A stretch of 48,290 nt of DNA from Candidatus Poribacteria bacterium (GTDB lineage: Bacteria; Poribacteria; WGA-4E; UBA9662). The notes beneath the pieces are model-generated. The model was not told where the DNA came from. It ran no database searches and saw only the letters and a list, made by a program, of their open reading frames with translations. This document shows, one piece after another, positions 39,777-48,290 of this stretch (positions within the stretch are counted from its first letter, which is position 1; every line of letters starts with the position of its first letter). Where the stretch lies: assembly GCA_036339735.1 (NCBI GenBank), contig JAYZAL010000015.1, positions 1 through 48,290 on the forward strand. Reading direction: 5' to 3'. The position numbers were made by a program, and so were the translations under genes.

Positions 39777-41537
39777 ATGATAACTTCCTCACGTTTCTGG
39801 ATAATTAGCATTTTGAGTACTTCTTTCTTGACCATGCTAACTAACCTTGATCATACAGCTATCCATTATTGGGATGAAGGCTTTCATGCTATTGTTAGTC
39901 GCAACCTGACAAAACATCCTTTTCTGTTCACACTTTACGACCAGCCATGGTTAGCCTTCGATTATAAAAATTGGGGGGGGAATCATATTTGGTTGCACAA
40001 GCCTCCTTTAGCTATGTGGAAAATCTGTTTGTCATACTGGACATTTGGCTTTAATACTTTTGCTTTACGTTTTCCTTCTGCAATTCTAGCCACGGCTTCT
40101 GTCTGGATTACCTACCAGATTTCTCAACACCTTTTTGATCAGAAGACTGGCTTAATTGCAGCTTTTTTGCAAAGTTTCAATCCCTTTTTATTTGGTTCAG
40201 TGCACGGCTACAAATACTCAGATCATATCGATATTAGCCTCTTGTTTTGGGTTGAATTGGCCTGTTGGTTACTGTTGTGTGCCATACGAAGTGGTCGGTG
40301 GCAAACTTATGTTTTATGCGGTTTCGCTCAAGGTTTGGCTTATCTTTCTAAAAGCTATCTAGCTCTTATCACTTTTGGTATTGCTTCCGTAGTTTGGCTT
40401 TCCTATCGTATCAAATTTCTCCGGCCAGAGCCCAATACAATTCTACAAATCAGGCTTAAACATCTAGGTTACGTATTTTTGTCTTCATTAATTACTGTTG
40501 CGCCTTGGACGATTTATTGTCTAGTTCGTCATCCTAAGGAATTCCTCTGGGAACACAAGCGTGTGATAGATCATCTTTCAACTGATGTGGAGAGTTGGGG
40601 AGCTACATGGGATCGTCCCTTATTCGATTACATGACTTTATTTTATCCCGGTTTTTACGCCTTTTTGCTACTGTCAGTTCTATTTTTGATTGTGGTAATG
40701 ATTAGGAAACGTCGGTTGGGCGAGTTTTTTATTTTGGCTTGGTCAATTGGTGTGATTGTTCCACACTGTTATGCTTTAACAAAAACTCCATCAGCTACCA
40801 TGATTGGCTTACCACCATTATTGATTTGCTTGTCGGTTGTCATAAGTCGCACTTTCAACCATATGGATTTCATTTATACCAGTTGTCTAATTGCATCATC
40901 AATTAGCCTAAGAATAGTAAAAGGAGGAAAAAGCCTAGTCCAAGGCCGAGACCAATTTGATAGCTTAAATAATTTTGCTCCCTACATAGAGACCAATTTT
41001 TGGATCATTCAGCAAATAGGATTATCGCTGTTTCTATTTTTAGCTTTGTGCATAATTTATCACGGGTTAAGCAGATGGAAATTCAGGCAAAAAGCTTGGG
41101 ATTTAATGCGAATTATAGCAATCTTGGCGTCAACAACTTATATCACTAGCTATGTCGAGTCAGCAATTGCTGTCACACAGACTAACCGAAACGATTCATA
41201 CCATAAGGTCATCGGCGAGAAAATTCAGGCTACATATTCGAATAATTCTTGTTTCTTTATTGATGATGCTGGGCACGGAAGCCATTTCTTTTTAATGTTT
41301 TATGCTAACCGGTCTGTATATCAGAGTAGGTACAACGATCATAAAAAAGGTATAGTCGAACGTAATCTAGACCATCTAGCAAAACAATCTATAACGGCTG
41401 GTGCCAAGCCATACTTAGTGGCAACTATTGGTCAAACCTACAGTTATCCAATTGTAGAAGAAGGGAAAGTCTATGACAGACCATATATTATTTACCAGAT
41501 GCTGCCAAAGGGAGAAAATGATGAACACAAGAATTAA
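39777..41537 (+). CDS. ArnT/PMT-family (GT-C) glycosyltransferase
   Basis: 'WDEGFHA', 'HKPPL', 'ALRFPSA', 'LAYLSK' and multiple TM helices. Confidence 0.85.
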   Translation: MITSSRFWIISILSTSFLTMLTNLDHTAIHYWDEGFHAIVSRNLTKHPFLFTLYDQPWLAFDYKNWGGNHIWLHKPPLAMWKICLSYWTFGFNTFALRFPSAILATASVWITYQISQHLFDQKTGLIAAFLQSFNPFLFGSVHGYKYSDHIDISLLFWVELACWLLLCAIRSGRWQTYVLCGFAQGLAYLSKSYLALITFGIASVVWLSYRIKFLRPEPNTILQIRLKHLGYVFLSSLITVAPWTIYCLVRHPKEFLWEHKRVIDHLSTDVESWGATWDRPLFDYMTLFYPGFYAFLLLSVLFLIVVMIRKRRLGEFFILAWSIGVIVPHCYALTKTPSATMIGLPPLLICLSVVISRTFNHMDFIYTSCLIASSISLRIVKGGKSLVQGRDQFDSLNNFAPYIETNFWIIQQIGLSLFLFLALCIIYHGLSRWKFRQKAWDLMRIIAILASTTYITSYVESAIAVTQTNRNDSYHKVIGEKIQATYSNNSCFFIDDAGHGSHFFLMFYANRSVYQSRYNDHKKGIVERNLDHLAKQSITAGAKPYLVATIGQTYSYPIVEEGKVYDRPYIIYQMLPKGENDEHKN

Positions 41538-41559
41538 AAAACAAATCGGTAACTACAAG

Positions 41560-41595
41560 AAAAAGCGAAGGTCATCTAAATAACCTTCGCTTTTT
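41560..41595. terminator. Bidirectional rho-independent terminator (GT-C gene / tRNA)
   Basis: aaaaagcgaaggt ... accttcgcttttt. Confidence 0.85.
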
Positions 41596-41612
41596 AATAA
41601 ACACTGTTGGTA

Positions 41613-41695
<83 letters not shown>

Positions 41696-41753
41696 AAGTA
41701 GATCAGACCATTTCGTCATAGGGCACGAAACTATCTCCCGAAAAGGGCAGGGA

Positions 41754-41783
41754 ATTATAGTTGAACTAAAGCTTAGCTGTCAA
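41754..41783 (-). promoter_or_regulatory. tRNA promoter
   Basis: Minus strand TTGACA-18-TATAAT. Confidence 0.75.
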
Positions 41784-41839
41784 GACCAAATCTCTGTTAC
41801 ATTGCAGCATACCGAAACTCACTATTGTCATTTATGAGT

Positions 41840-44035
41840 TTAATGAAAGACTGTAATTTGACCGCTAAACGAAATCTTTCCAACAATTTGGGGGTTTAGT
41901 GTTTCAACATGATATATATACACACCGGGCGATATTAAACGACCATCCTTATTTCGTCCATCCCAAGTCGTTTTATCCTTGCCATCGATATGATCGATTC
42001 GATGTACTAAATCTCCATTTGGAGTGAAAATAGTGATTACCACCTGTCCCATTAGATTAGCGAAAGTTAATCGATCATATTTTAGTAGTTGCCAAGGACT
42101 CGGATAAGTAAATATTTTTAACAAATTGACCTGAGTTGAAAGCTCATTTTGATCGCTGATCAATAAGCGTTCAGTAGGAGTAGACGCTTGACTTTCTCGA
42201 CCTTCTTGATTTAATGCTGTGACCATGTAGTAGTAGGTTGATCCGTTATAAACATTGGGATCTACAAAATGAAGATCGATTTGGTCTAAGACTGAAAATT
42301 GACCCGTGGGTGGGACAGAACTACTAGGTTTCTCTCTCAGATTTTGTATTTCTGATTGTAAAATACTCGCAATACGCGTCCAAGGTTCTATCCCGTTGTA
42401 ACTTCTATAGACATTGTAGCCGGCAATACGTTCCGAAACCAAAGGCCAGTAAACTGTGATTGAGTCAGGTTTGGTCCTTCGTTCAGTATACAAACGGGAA
42501 GGTGGAAAAACTGGTAAGATGCGTACTTCGTTGGAATCGAAGGCCAAAGGTTGCTGCTTGGCATCTAGCGGACGAACCCGATAAACATATTCGACACCGG
42601 TTTCAACTTCAAAATCAGCAAAAGTCAGGTCTTTGACTATATCTGGTGTAATCTGCCTAAAGTCACTTTCGCCTTCAGCACGCCGAAAAACATAATAACC
42701 GGCTGGAACATATAGTGGTTCATTCCAAGTAACTAGAACAGCCTTATCCTGATCGGTGAGAATAACATTTTCCGGAGTAGAAGCAAGAGTAGTATCAATT
42801 GGTTTAGATGCTAATTCTTCTAGGGCAGTACCAACAACAGGTAGAATAGTATACCTATACCGTATCCCCCTTTCGACAGTTGCGTCGTCGTACCTTAGGC
42901 TGTTAAGGATTCTGGGTCCTAGTTGGTCTAGATTACTCTCACCTATTGTCAGGCGTCTAACCTGGTAGCCATCAACATAATTAATGGCTGGCTCCCATTG
43001 TAACTTGACTAATCCTTGCGAACGCTCTAGGGTAATATTTTGGGGGCTATAAGTGATCCATTTTGCCATCTGAGCATTATCTAACAGATCGGATTTGCTC
43101 TTTCCTGCTACTAACGCAAACGTTATTTGAATTGACTGTTTAGCTCGAATATCGTACCGACCAGCGGATAAGATCGCAACGTAGTCCCAAGCTGCCCACT
43201 TCAATTCGTCCAAATCGGCTTTATTTCTAGCACTTATCTTAGAACGATAAAAACGGTTTGGATCTGAGATCAACGGGGAACGGTAAGCAGGGGCAAATAC
43301 AGCAGTGTTCAACTGACCATTTTCTTGATTTTTTATAGGAAATATCTGGTGAGTCGCTAACTTACCGTCCAGCAGGATTAATCCAGCATGGACTGGATCA
43401 AGGCCATCCGAATCGTCTCCATCATAGGCATAAAGCATGGAAAGTTCTTTATTGTAGTCGAACCAGTCTTTACTAAAGTCGGTTTTGTCTGCTCCAACTT
43501 GATCCATATTCCAGTCAGCGCAAATGGAAACATATACACCTGTCAGATCAATGACATCACTATTGGTAATAGTCAACTGAATGACTACAAAATCGTCAGC
43601 ATCAGGGTGTGTAGATCTTCCCCAACTAATTACCTGTTGTGTAACTAACAGGTTTAAATCAACATCGACCGCTTCATACTCAACTGATGTGGACTGTTTT
43701 CCGTCCGGTATATCGGTTAGGCTAATTTCTTGTTTAGCAGCCCAGTTACTTTTACCGTTCAGATTCCAACCCCCAGCAACGAGCTCTTTGGCTGTACCAA
43801 TCCAAATATCAGAATACATACCTAAGTATTGCCGCTGACCATCAACAGGATAACGAAAGTTATCTGATAAGTTTCGACCATTCCAACCAGAAAGCCCTCT
43901 TAACATACCAGTTTTGCTATCTCGGATGAGGGAGAAGGTGACTTCTCCGTTGTCGTGAGTTCTAATTTGAGCCGGCAAAATGGAAACTAAACAAAAGAAT
44001 ACTAGGCAGAGGATATACTGGATAGGCTTATCCAT
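41840..44035 (-). CDS. Secreted fibronectin type III repeat protein with FlgD-Ig/T9SS-like C-terminal domain
   Basis: Signal peptide and three FN3-like repeats ('W...GY.V.R ... D..V..G..Y.Y'). C-terminal 'YPSPW ... ITIFTPNGDLV ... WDGRNKDGRLISPGVYIY'. Confidence 0.8.
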   Translation of the reverse strand: MDKPIQYILCLVFFCLVSILPAQIRTHDNGEVTFSLIRDSKTGMLRGLSGWNGRNLSDNFRYPVDGQRQYLGMYSDIWIGTAKELVAGGWNLNGKSNWAAKQEISLTDIPDGKQSTSVEYEAVDVDLNLLVTQQVISWGRSTHPDADDFVVIQLTITNSDVIDLTGVYVSICADWNMDQVGADKTDFSKDWFDYNKELSMLYAYDGDDSDGLDPVHAGLILLDGKLATHQIFPIKNQENGQLNTAVFAPAYRSPLISDPNRFYRSKISARNKADLDELKWAAWDYVAILSAGRYDIRAKQSIQITFALVAGKSKSDLLDNAQMAKWITYSPQNITLERSQGLVKLQWEPAINYVDGYQVRRLTIGESNLDQLGPRILNSLRYDDATVERGIRYRYTILPVVGTALEELASKPIDTTLASTPENVILTDQDKAVLVTWNEPLYVPAGYYVFRRAEGESDFRQITPDIVKDLTFADFEVETGVEYVYRVRPLDAKQQPLAFDSNEVRILPVFPPSRLYTERRTKPDSITVYWPLVSERIAGYNVYRSYNGIEPWTRIASILQSEIQNLREKPSSSVPPTGQFSVLDQIDLHFVDPNVYNGSTYYYMVTALNQEGRESQASTPTERLLISDQNELSTQVNLLKIFTYPSPWQLLKYDRLTFANLMGQVVITIFTPNGDLVHRIDHIDGKDKTTWDGRNKDGRLISPGVYIYHVETLNPQIVGKISFSGQITVFH

Positions 44036-44082
44036 ATGGTCAGTTAAGTTCGTAACGAGAAAATGATAGTCGTATCGACGAA

Positions 44083-44159
44083 ATCATAGCAAAGCCAATC
44101 TAGGATTGTCAAGTAACCACAATTGCTTTCTTGACCACTGGAAACGAGTTTGGTATAAT
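44083..44159. promoter_or_regulatory. Back-to-back divergent sigma70 promoters
   Basis: Minus: TTGACA(44112-07)-18-TATGAT(44088-83). Plus: TTGACC(44131-36)-17-TATAAT(44154-59). Confidence 0.65.
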
Positions 44160-44202
44160 GCGCGCGAATTGAAATACCTTATTTAAGGAGAAAATAAGTC
44201 AA

Positions 44203-44988
44203 ATGATGAAACAAAGTCGTCTCTTTGCGACTTCTATCTGTTTGCTTTGTATCCTCGGATTGATAGTCCTGCCAGTTTCAGCAGGCCTCAAAGATACGTT
44301 ACAAAGTGATGAATTTGAAGGTTCCAAATTAAGTGATATGTGGAGCATTGATAACCCTGACGTGGGTAAATTCCAGGTTAGTGGTGGGAAGCTAAATGTT
44401 ACTGGTGGTTTCAACGGTAATGTTTGGGGGAATAGCGACGCGTTGATCTTCTATCAAGAAGTAAGCCAAAAAAGCTTCGATATTAGCACTGATTTTGTTA
44501 ATACCTACAAGGGTGGTAGTACAGTCGCTGGTATCTTGATTAAATCCGAAACGACCAAGGACAGCAAAGATCGAGACGGTGAATGGGTCACCTTAAAATT
44601 ATGGGGCCGTGGTGGCAACGACAATAATGCTGTTTTGCAGTATCAGAGACGTGAAAATGACGCTGGAGACTTGGGTTATGTCGGTGTCACACCAGACTAC
44701 CTACCTCCAGCTGGTGAGATTGCTATCTCTTTGCGTGTAAAAAGAGACGGTGACACTTACGAATCTTGGTTCAAGCCCGAAGGTAAGGGCGATTGGGTTT
44801 CGGTCGGTAAGGTTAAAAGTGCCCTCAAAGACCCGATCAAGGTTGGTATTTATGCCGGTATTGCTGAAACTGACAAGGGAGAACTAACGGTTGCATTTGA
44901 TAACTTTATTGAAGCCTCTTCCCCAGTTACAGCTGTAGATCCCAAAAACCGGTTAACGACCACTTGGGGCATGCTAAAAACCAAATAA
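44203..44988 (+). CDS. Secreted ConA-like beta-sandwich protein with C-terminal TTWG tail
   Basis: Signal peptide, 'DEFEG ... W', 'LRVKRDGDTYESWF ... W ... VGIYA', and C-terminus 'AVDPKNRLTTTWGMLKTK'. Confidence 0.75.
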   Translation: MMKQSRLFATSICLLCILGLIVLPVSAGLKDTLQSDEFEGSKLSDMWSIDNPDVGKFQVSGGKLNVTGGFNGNVWGNSDALIFYQEVSQKSFDISTDFVNTYKGGSTVAGILIKSETTKDSKDRDGEWVTLKLWGRGGNDNNAVLQYQRRENDAGDLGYVGVTPDYLPPAGEIAISLRVKRDGDTYESWFKPEGKGDWVSVGKVKSALKDPIKVGIYAGIAETDKGELTVAFDNFIEASSPVTAVDPKNRLTTTWGMLKTK

Positions 44989-45041
44989 CTCCAATAGTAC
45001 GCTTAGAACCAGATCGAATATAAAATCTGGGATTGAACGTC

Positions 45042-45080
45042 AAAGAGCCCGACATCAAATCAATTGATGTCGGGCTCTTT
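45042..45080. terminator. Bidirectional rho-independent terminator
   Basis: Perfect 17-bp inverted repeat aaagagcccgacatcaa/ttgatgtcgggctcttt between convergent genes. Confidence 0.9.
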
Positions 45081-45109
45081 TAGTATTATCGAATTGTATT
45101 GGACTTATT

Positions 45110-45874
45110 CTACAGATTAGACTTAATTGCTCCCCAAGCTATTGGCAATTTGCCTAATGGTTTGACAGCTAAAAAATCGCCATCCATAATTTCTTTGATT
45201 TCCTGTGGGGTAACAGCTTTGCCAAACAAGAAAAACTCATCTAGTAACCCTTTGTACCAACGTCCATTTTTATGGTGGCCGATACCAGCGGTCACTTTCC
45301 AGTTTGTTGCTAACACTCCCTTAGCAGCTTTAGCTTCATGCGTTTTCTTACCATCTACATAGGTAGCAACAGCTCTACTTTTGGCATCATAAGTACCTGC
45401 AAAATGGTGCCACTTTTTACCTTTTATTACTGGACCAGGGTTAATATTAAAAACTTCTTGTTGAGCATCATTTCGGTGAAAGAAACGAAAACCAGCCGGT
45501 CGAATTTCAACGTGAAATAAGCCGCTACCATGCTTATCACCGATGGCATCGAAGAGACTTTGTGGCTCACCTGAATCTTCGTGATTAACCCAAGTAACCA
45601 GAGAAAACCCATCCTTAGGTAAATTTTTAAATTCAGCTCCGTTTATTTTGATCCAAACATTCTCTTTCAATTCAATGGATTGGCCATTTTGGCCTTTCTC
45701 AAATTTAGCATTACCGACGATTTCTCCGTCGTTGCCGGAAGTAGACCCATCCTTAATAATATTACCTTTTATATCATCAAAACTATAGTATATAGCCAGA
45801 GCCGGGTCTTTGAGATCGGCATTTGCTATAACACTAACGGCTAAAAACAAAATAATTAAACTTATATTTTTCAT
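45110..45874 (-). CDS. Secreted LamG (laminin G-like jellyroll) protein with C-terminal WG tail
   Basis: 'YYSFDD', 'FSLVTWV', 'WHHFAGTYD', 'YVDG', 'YKGLLDEF', and C-terminus 'AVKPLGKLPIAWGAIK'. ATG 45874 follows AGGAG. Confidence 0.85.
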   Translation of the reverse strand: MKNISLIILFLAVSVIANADLKDPALAIYYSFDDIKGNIIKDGSTSGNDGEIVGNAKFEKGQNGQSIELKENVWIKINGAEFKNLPKDGFSLVTWVNHEDSGEPQSLFDAIGDKHGSGLFHVEIRPAGFRFFHRNDAQQEVFNINPGPVIKGKKWHHFAGTYDAKSRAVATYVDGKKTHEAKAAKGVLATNWKVTAGIGHHKNGRWYKGLLDEFFLFGKAVTPQEIKEIMDGDFLAVKPLGKLPIAWGAIKSNL

Positions 45875-46152
45875 TAACTCTCCTAACAAATAATGATCAT
45901 GATTGTAGGCCGTTCTGGACTACAACAGAACTGAGAGTCTAGCACTATTTGGATCTAAAATCAATCTATCAAGTTCAGGATTTATCCGAAGTTTTTCAAA
46001 TTATATATCGTTACAACATATTTGACTATTCAAGCCAATAAACGATTGATATAATTGGACAGTTAACTTTTGTGTGTGTGCAAAAAGTGTTAGCATTACG
46101 CCTCTCTGGTATTCAATAAAGACAAATTAAGACCAAATTGAAAAGGTGACAA

Positions 46153-47301
46153 ATGGGACAGCAGGAACAGAAAACACGCCAACTAGATCAGCAAATCGAA
46201 CGATTGTGGGAACAAATATCAAAAAAAGATGAACAAATCAAGGATTTGCAACAACTGATTATTTCTACTCAACAGTCGTTTGACAAACTCTTGGAGCATC
46301 AATTAGCTGAGCGAGACACATCTTCCAGACGATCCAGCCGTTATAGTAGCCGAAAACCAGTTTATAACCGATCCTTTGTGAAGCAACTAATCGAACAGAG
46401 TTTTTCAATACAATCACCTAAAGACTTACGATTTTGTGGACAAGGATCCAGCTTTTGTACTTATGCTTTTCATCATAAACAAATGGGCCAAAACTATATT
46501 ATTAGGTGTGCTAAACACTCTGATTCCATTCGACGGCTCAGATGGGAAGAACAACTATTGCCTCAGCTAGGGCCTCAAATGCCAATTTCTATCCCACAAT
46601 TCGAAAAGATCAGTCATATGGATAACGGCTTGCCTTTTTGCAGCTATCCCATGATTGAAGGTGAGCCTTTTGAGGAAAAACACTACCGCCGTTTATCCAA
46701 TCAAAAAAAGGACGTTGTCATTGATCAGGTGGCTGGTTTTTTGCGGGTGTTGCACAACTTCCCAGTTGAAGAAGCTGTTTCCTTTGGTATTCCTTACCGG
46801 CAGTTTGAAGCAGTACCAATAAAAGATATAATTCAATTTGCTGAGAAACGACTTTATCTACATCTAAATTCGGATCAGCAGGAACGCTGCCAGTATTGGT
46901 TCGATTTTTACCGACGAAATTTGGACGAATTTGATTACCAACCGACATTAATTCACGGCGACCTTCAATCTCGTCACATTTTATTCAATACTAATACAAA
47001 CTTAATCGAAGGTATTATTGACTTTGAAGATATTAGAATTAGTGATGCAAGAGAAGATTTGTATCATCTACAAGAAAGCTACGGTGACGACTTTGGCCAA
47101 CGCTTATTCCAAGCTTATGGCATTGATCAAAGTAATTTTTCTCATCAATTTCAATTTCGTCGTTTAGCTGATCTTATTAGGGAAGTTTTTAGAGCCTTAG
47201 TGGACAAACGAGATAGGGAAACTGAGCATAGATTACGTGAACTAAGAGAATTTTTACTTCAACCCTTGCCAGACCCACAAAATATCCCCGTCAGTAAATA
47301 G
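46153..47301 (+). CDS. Aminoglycoside phosphotransferase (APH)/kinase-like protein with N-terminal coiled coil
   Basis: 'GQGSS', 'IPQFE', Brenner motif 'HGDLQSRHIL', 'IIDFED', 'EDL'. Confidence 0.82.
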   Translation: MGQQEQKTRQLDQQIERLWEQISKKDEQIKDLQQLIISTQQSFDKLLEHQLAERDTSSRRSSRYSSRKPVYNRSFVKQLIEQSFSIQSPKDLRFCGQGSSFCTYAFHHKQMGQNYIIRCAKHSDSIRRLRWEEQLLPQLGPQMPISIPQFEKISHMDNGLPFCSYPMIEGEPFEEKHYRRLSNQKKDVVIDQVAGFLRVLHNFPVEEAVSFGIPYRQFEAVPIKDIIQFAEKRLYLHLNSDQQERCQYWFDFYRRNLDEFDYQPTLIHGDLQSRHILFNTNTNLIEGIIDFEDIRISDAREDLYHLQESYGDDFGQRLFQAYGIDQSNFSHQFQFRRLADLIREVFRALVDKRDRETEHRLRELREFLLQPLPDPQNIPVSK

Positions 47302-47334
47302 GTTTTATTAGGATTAGTTAATAAGGGTTATATA

Positions 47335-48078
47335 ATGTCTTCTGAACAGCTAGAGCAATTCATCACACAGTTACGTAGGCAATTAGTCAACCTCGGTGGC
47401 ATCGCTGAATATATGGTACGAGATTCAATCGAATCAGTCGTTGAGCGAGATTCAGACTTAGCCCAGAGAGTCATTGAAAGAGATGACGAAGCTGACTTAC
47501 TGGAAAATAATATTCGCGAAAAATGTATCCATCTAATGGCCGAGCCTATAGCTAAACTAAAAGAAGTACAACAGTTGATGGTCATCAACGATATCAGCCG
47601 GAACCTTGAACGGGTAGCAGACAAAGCAGTTAATATTTCTAAACGAAGTTTGGAATTGACCGGATCTTCTCCAATAAAACCTTACATTGACTTACCGATT
47701 ATGGCTGACAAATCCCAAAAGATGTTAAAAGATGTGATTGATGCTTTCGTCAACCACGACTTAGTGATGGCACAAAATGTAGTCGAGCGTGACGCTGAGG
47801 TCGATTTTCTCCATGACCAGATGGTAGATGAAATTCAGTCAATGCTAGAAAATGAGAGGAAAGTACAACCCTGTATTAGCTTATTATTGGTCATTAGGCA
47901 CTTAGAACGAATTGCAGATCTGGCTGCGAGCATTGGTGAAGATATTTATTATTTGATTGATGGTAGACTAATTCGACACCAAAAACTGATTACCAGTTCT
48001 GTGTCTCTTGGTACAACTCCTAAGAACCAAAATAGTTATGGCGTAGTGGGACAAATATCTGCTAATAGAGCCGATTAG
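47335..48078 (+). CDS. phoU: Phosphate signalling protein PhoU
   Basis: Two PhoU repeats, 'RDDEAD ... LERVADKAVNI' and 'RDAEVD ... LERIADLAASIGE'. Confidence 0.92.
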   Translation: MSSEQLEQFITQLRRQLVNLGGIAEYMVRDSIESVVERDSDLAQRVIERDDEADLLENNIREKCIHLMAEPIAKLKEVQQLMVINDISRNLERVADKAVNISKRSLELTGSSPIKPYIDLPIMADKSQKMLKDVIDAFVNHDLVMAQNVVERDAEVDFLHDQMVDEIQSMLENERKVQPCISLLLVIRHLERIADLAASIGEDIYYLIDGRLIRHQKLITSSVSLGTTPKNQNSYGVVGQISANRAD

Positions 48079-48290
48079 TAATTCTTTGGGACATCATCTA
48101 GATTCCAGATCGTTTCCTTTTCAACTTAGTATTTAGGTCGAAATTAGTTAATCTCTCCAAGGGAGTTGTCTGGTTCAGCCATAAAATGCATCATGGCTAT
48201 CACTGCGGGGTATTCGATATTGTAGAAGTTTATCTAGAGTTCCGTTGCCACGAATTGAAGTCTGTTTGCACGACTATTTCATGCTAAGTA

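Noticed and set aside
46153-47301. Aminoglycoside resistance gene
   Set aside because: The APH fold is widespread among metabolic kinases, and there is no mobile context.
48079-48290. Partial gene at the window end
   Set aside because: All three minus-strand frames stop close to the edge and I found no convincing plus-strand ORF. Left unassigned.

Overview
A gene-dense, moderately AT-rich bacterial chromosome window with about 35 CDSs and one tRNA-Leu(GAG). I found no CRISPR array, integrase or transposase. The content is mostly housekeeping (dprA-like, AddA/UvrD helicase-nuclease, aspS, ftsZ, phoU, M42/M3B/M14 peptidases), sugar and sulfate catabolism (xylulokinase, L-rhamnose isomerase, enolase-superfamily dehydratase, AKRs, PhyH, sulfatase, DUF1080) and envelope or secreted proteins (Omp85 fusion, FN3, LamG/ConA, Ig-like lipoprotein, TPR proteins). 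The gene repertoire and a recurring C-terminal 'AVxxxx(K/R)xxxxW(G/A)x(L/I)K' tail suggest Candidatus Poribacteria; this is inference, not a database result. The best finding is that the '100-aa' rhodanese ORF at 29007 reads through an in-frame TGA into the rest of the domain. A SECIS-like hairpin follows the TGA, so this is a probable exported selenoprotein (CxU) carrying the same putative C-terminal sorting tail as two LamG/ConA proteins. Also notable: a 615-bp intergenic region with convergent promoters and a hairpin sRNA candidate, a DprA ending in a beta-clamp-like motif, and several enzymes with altered catalytic residues.
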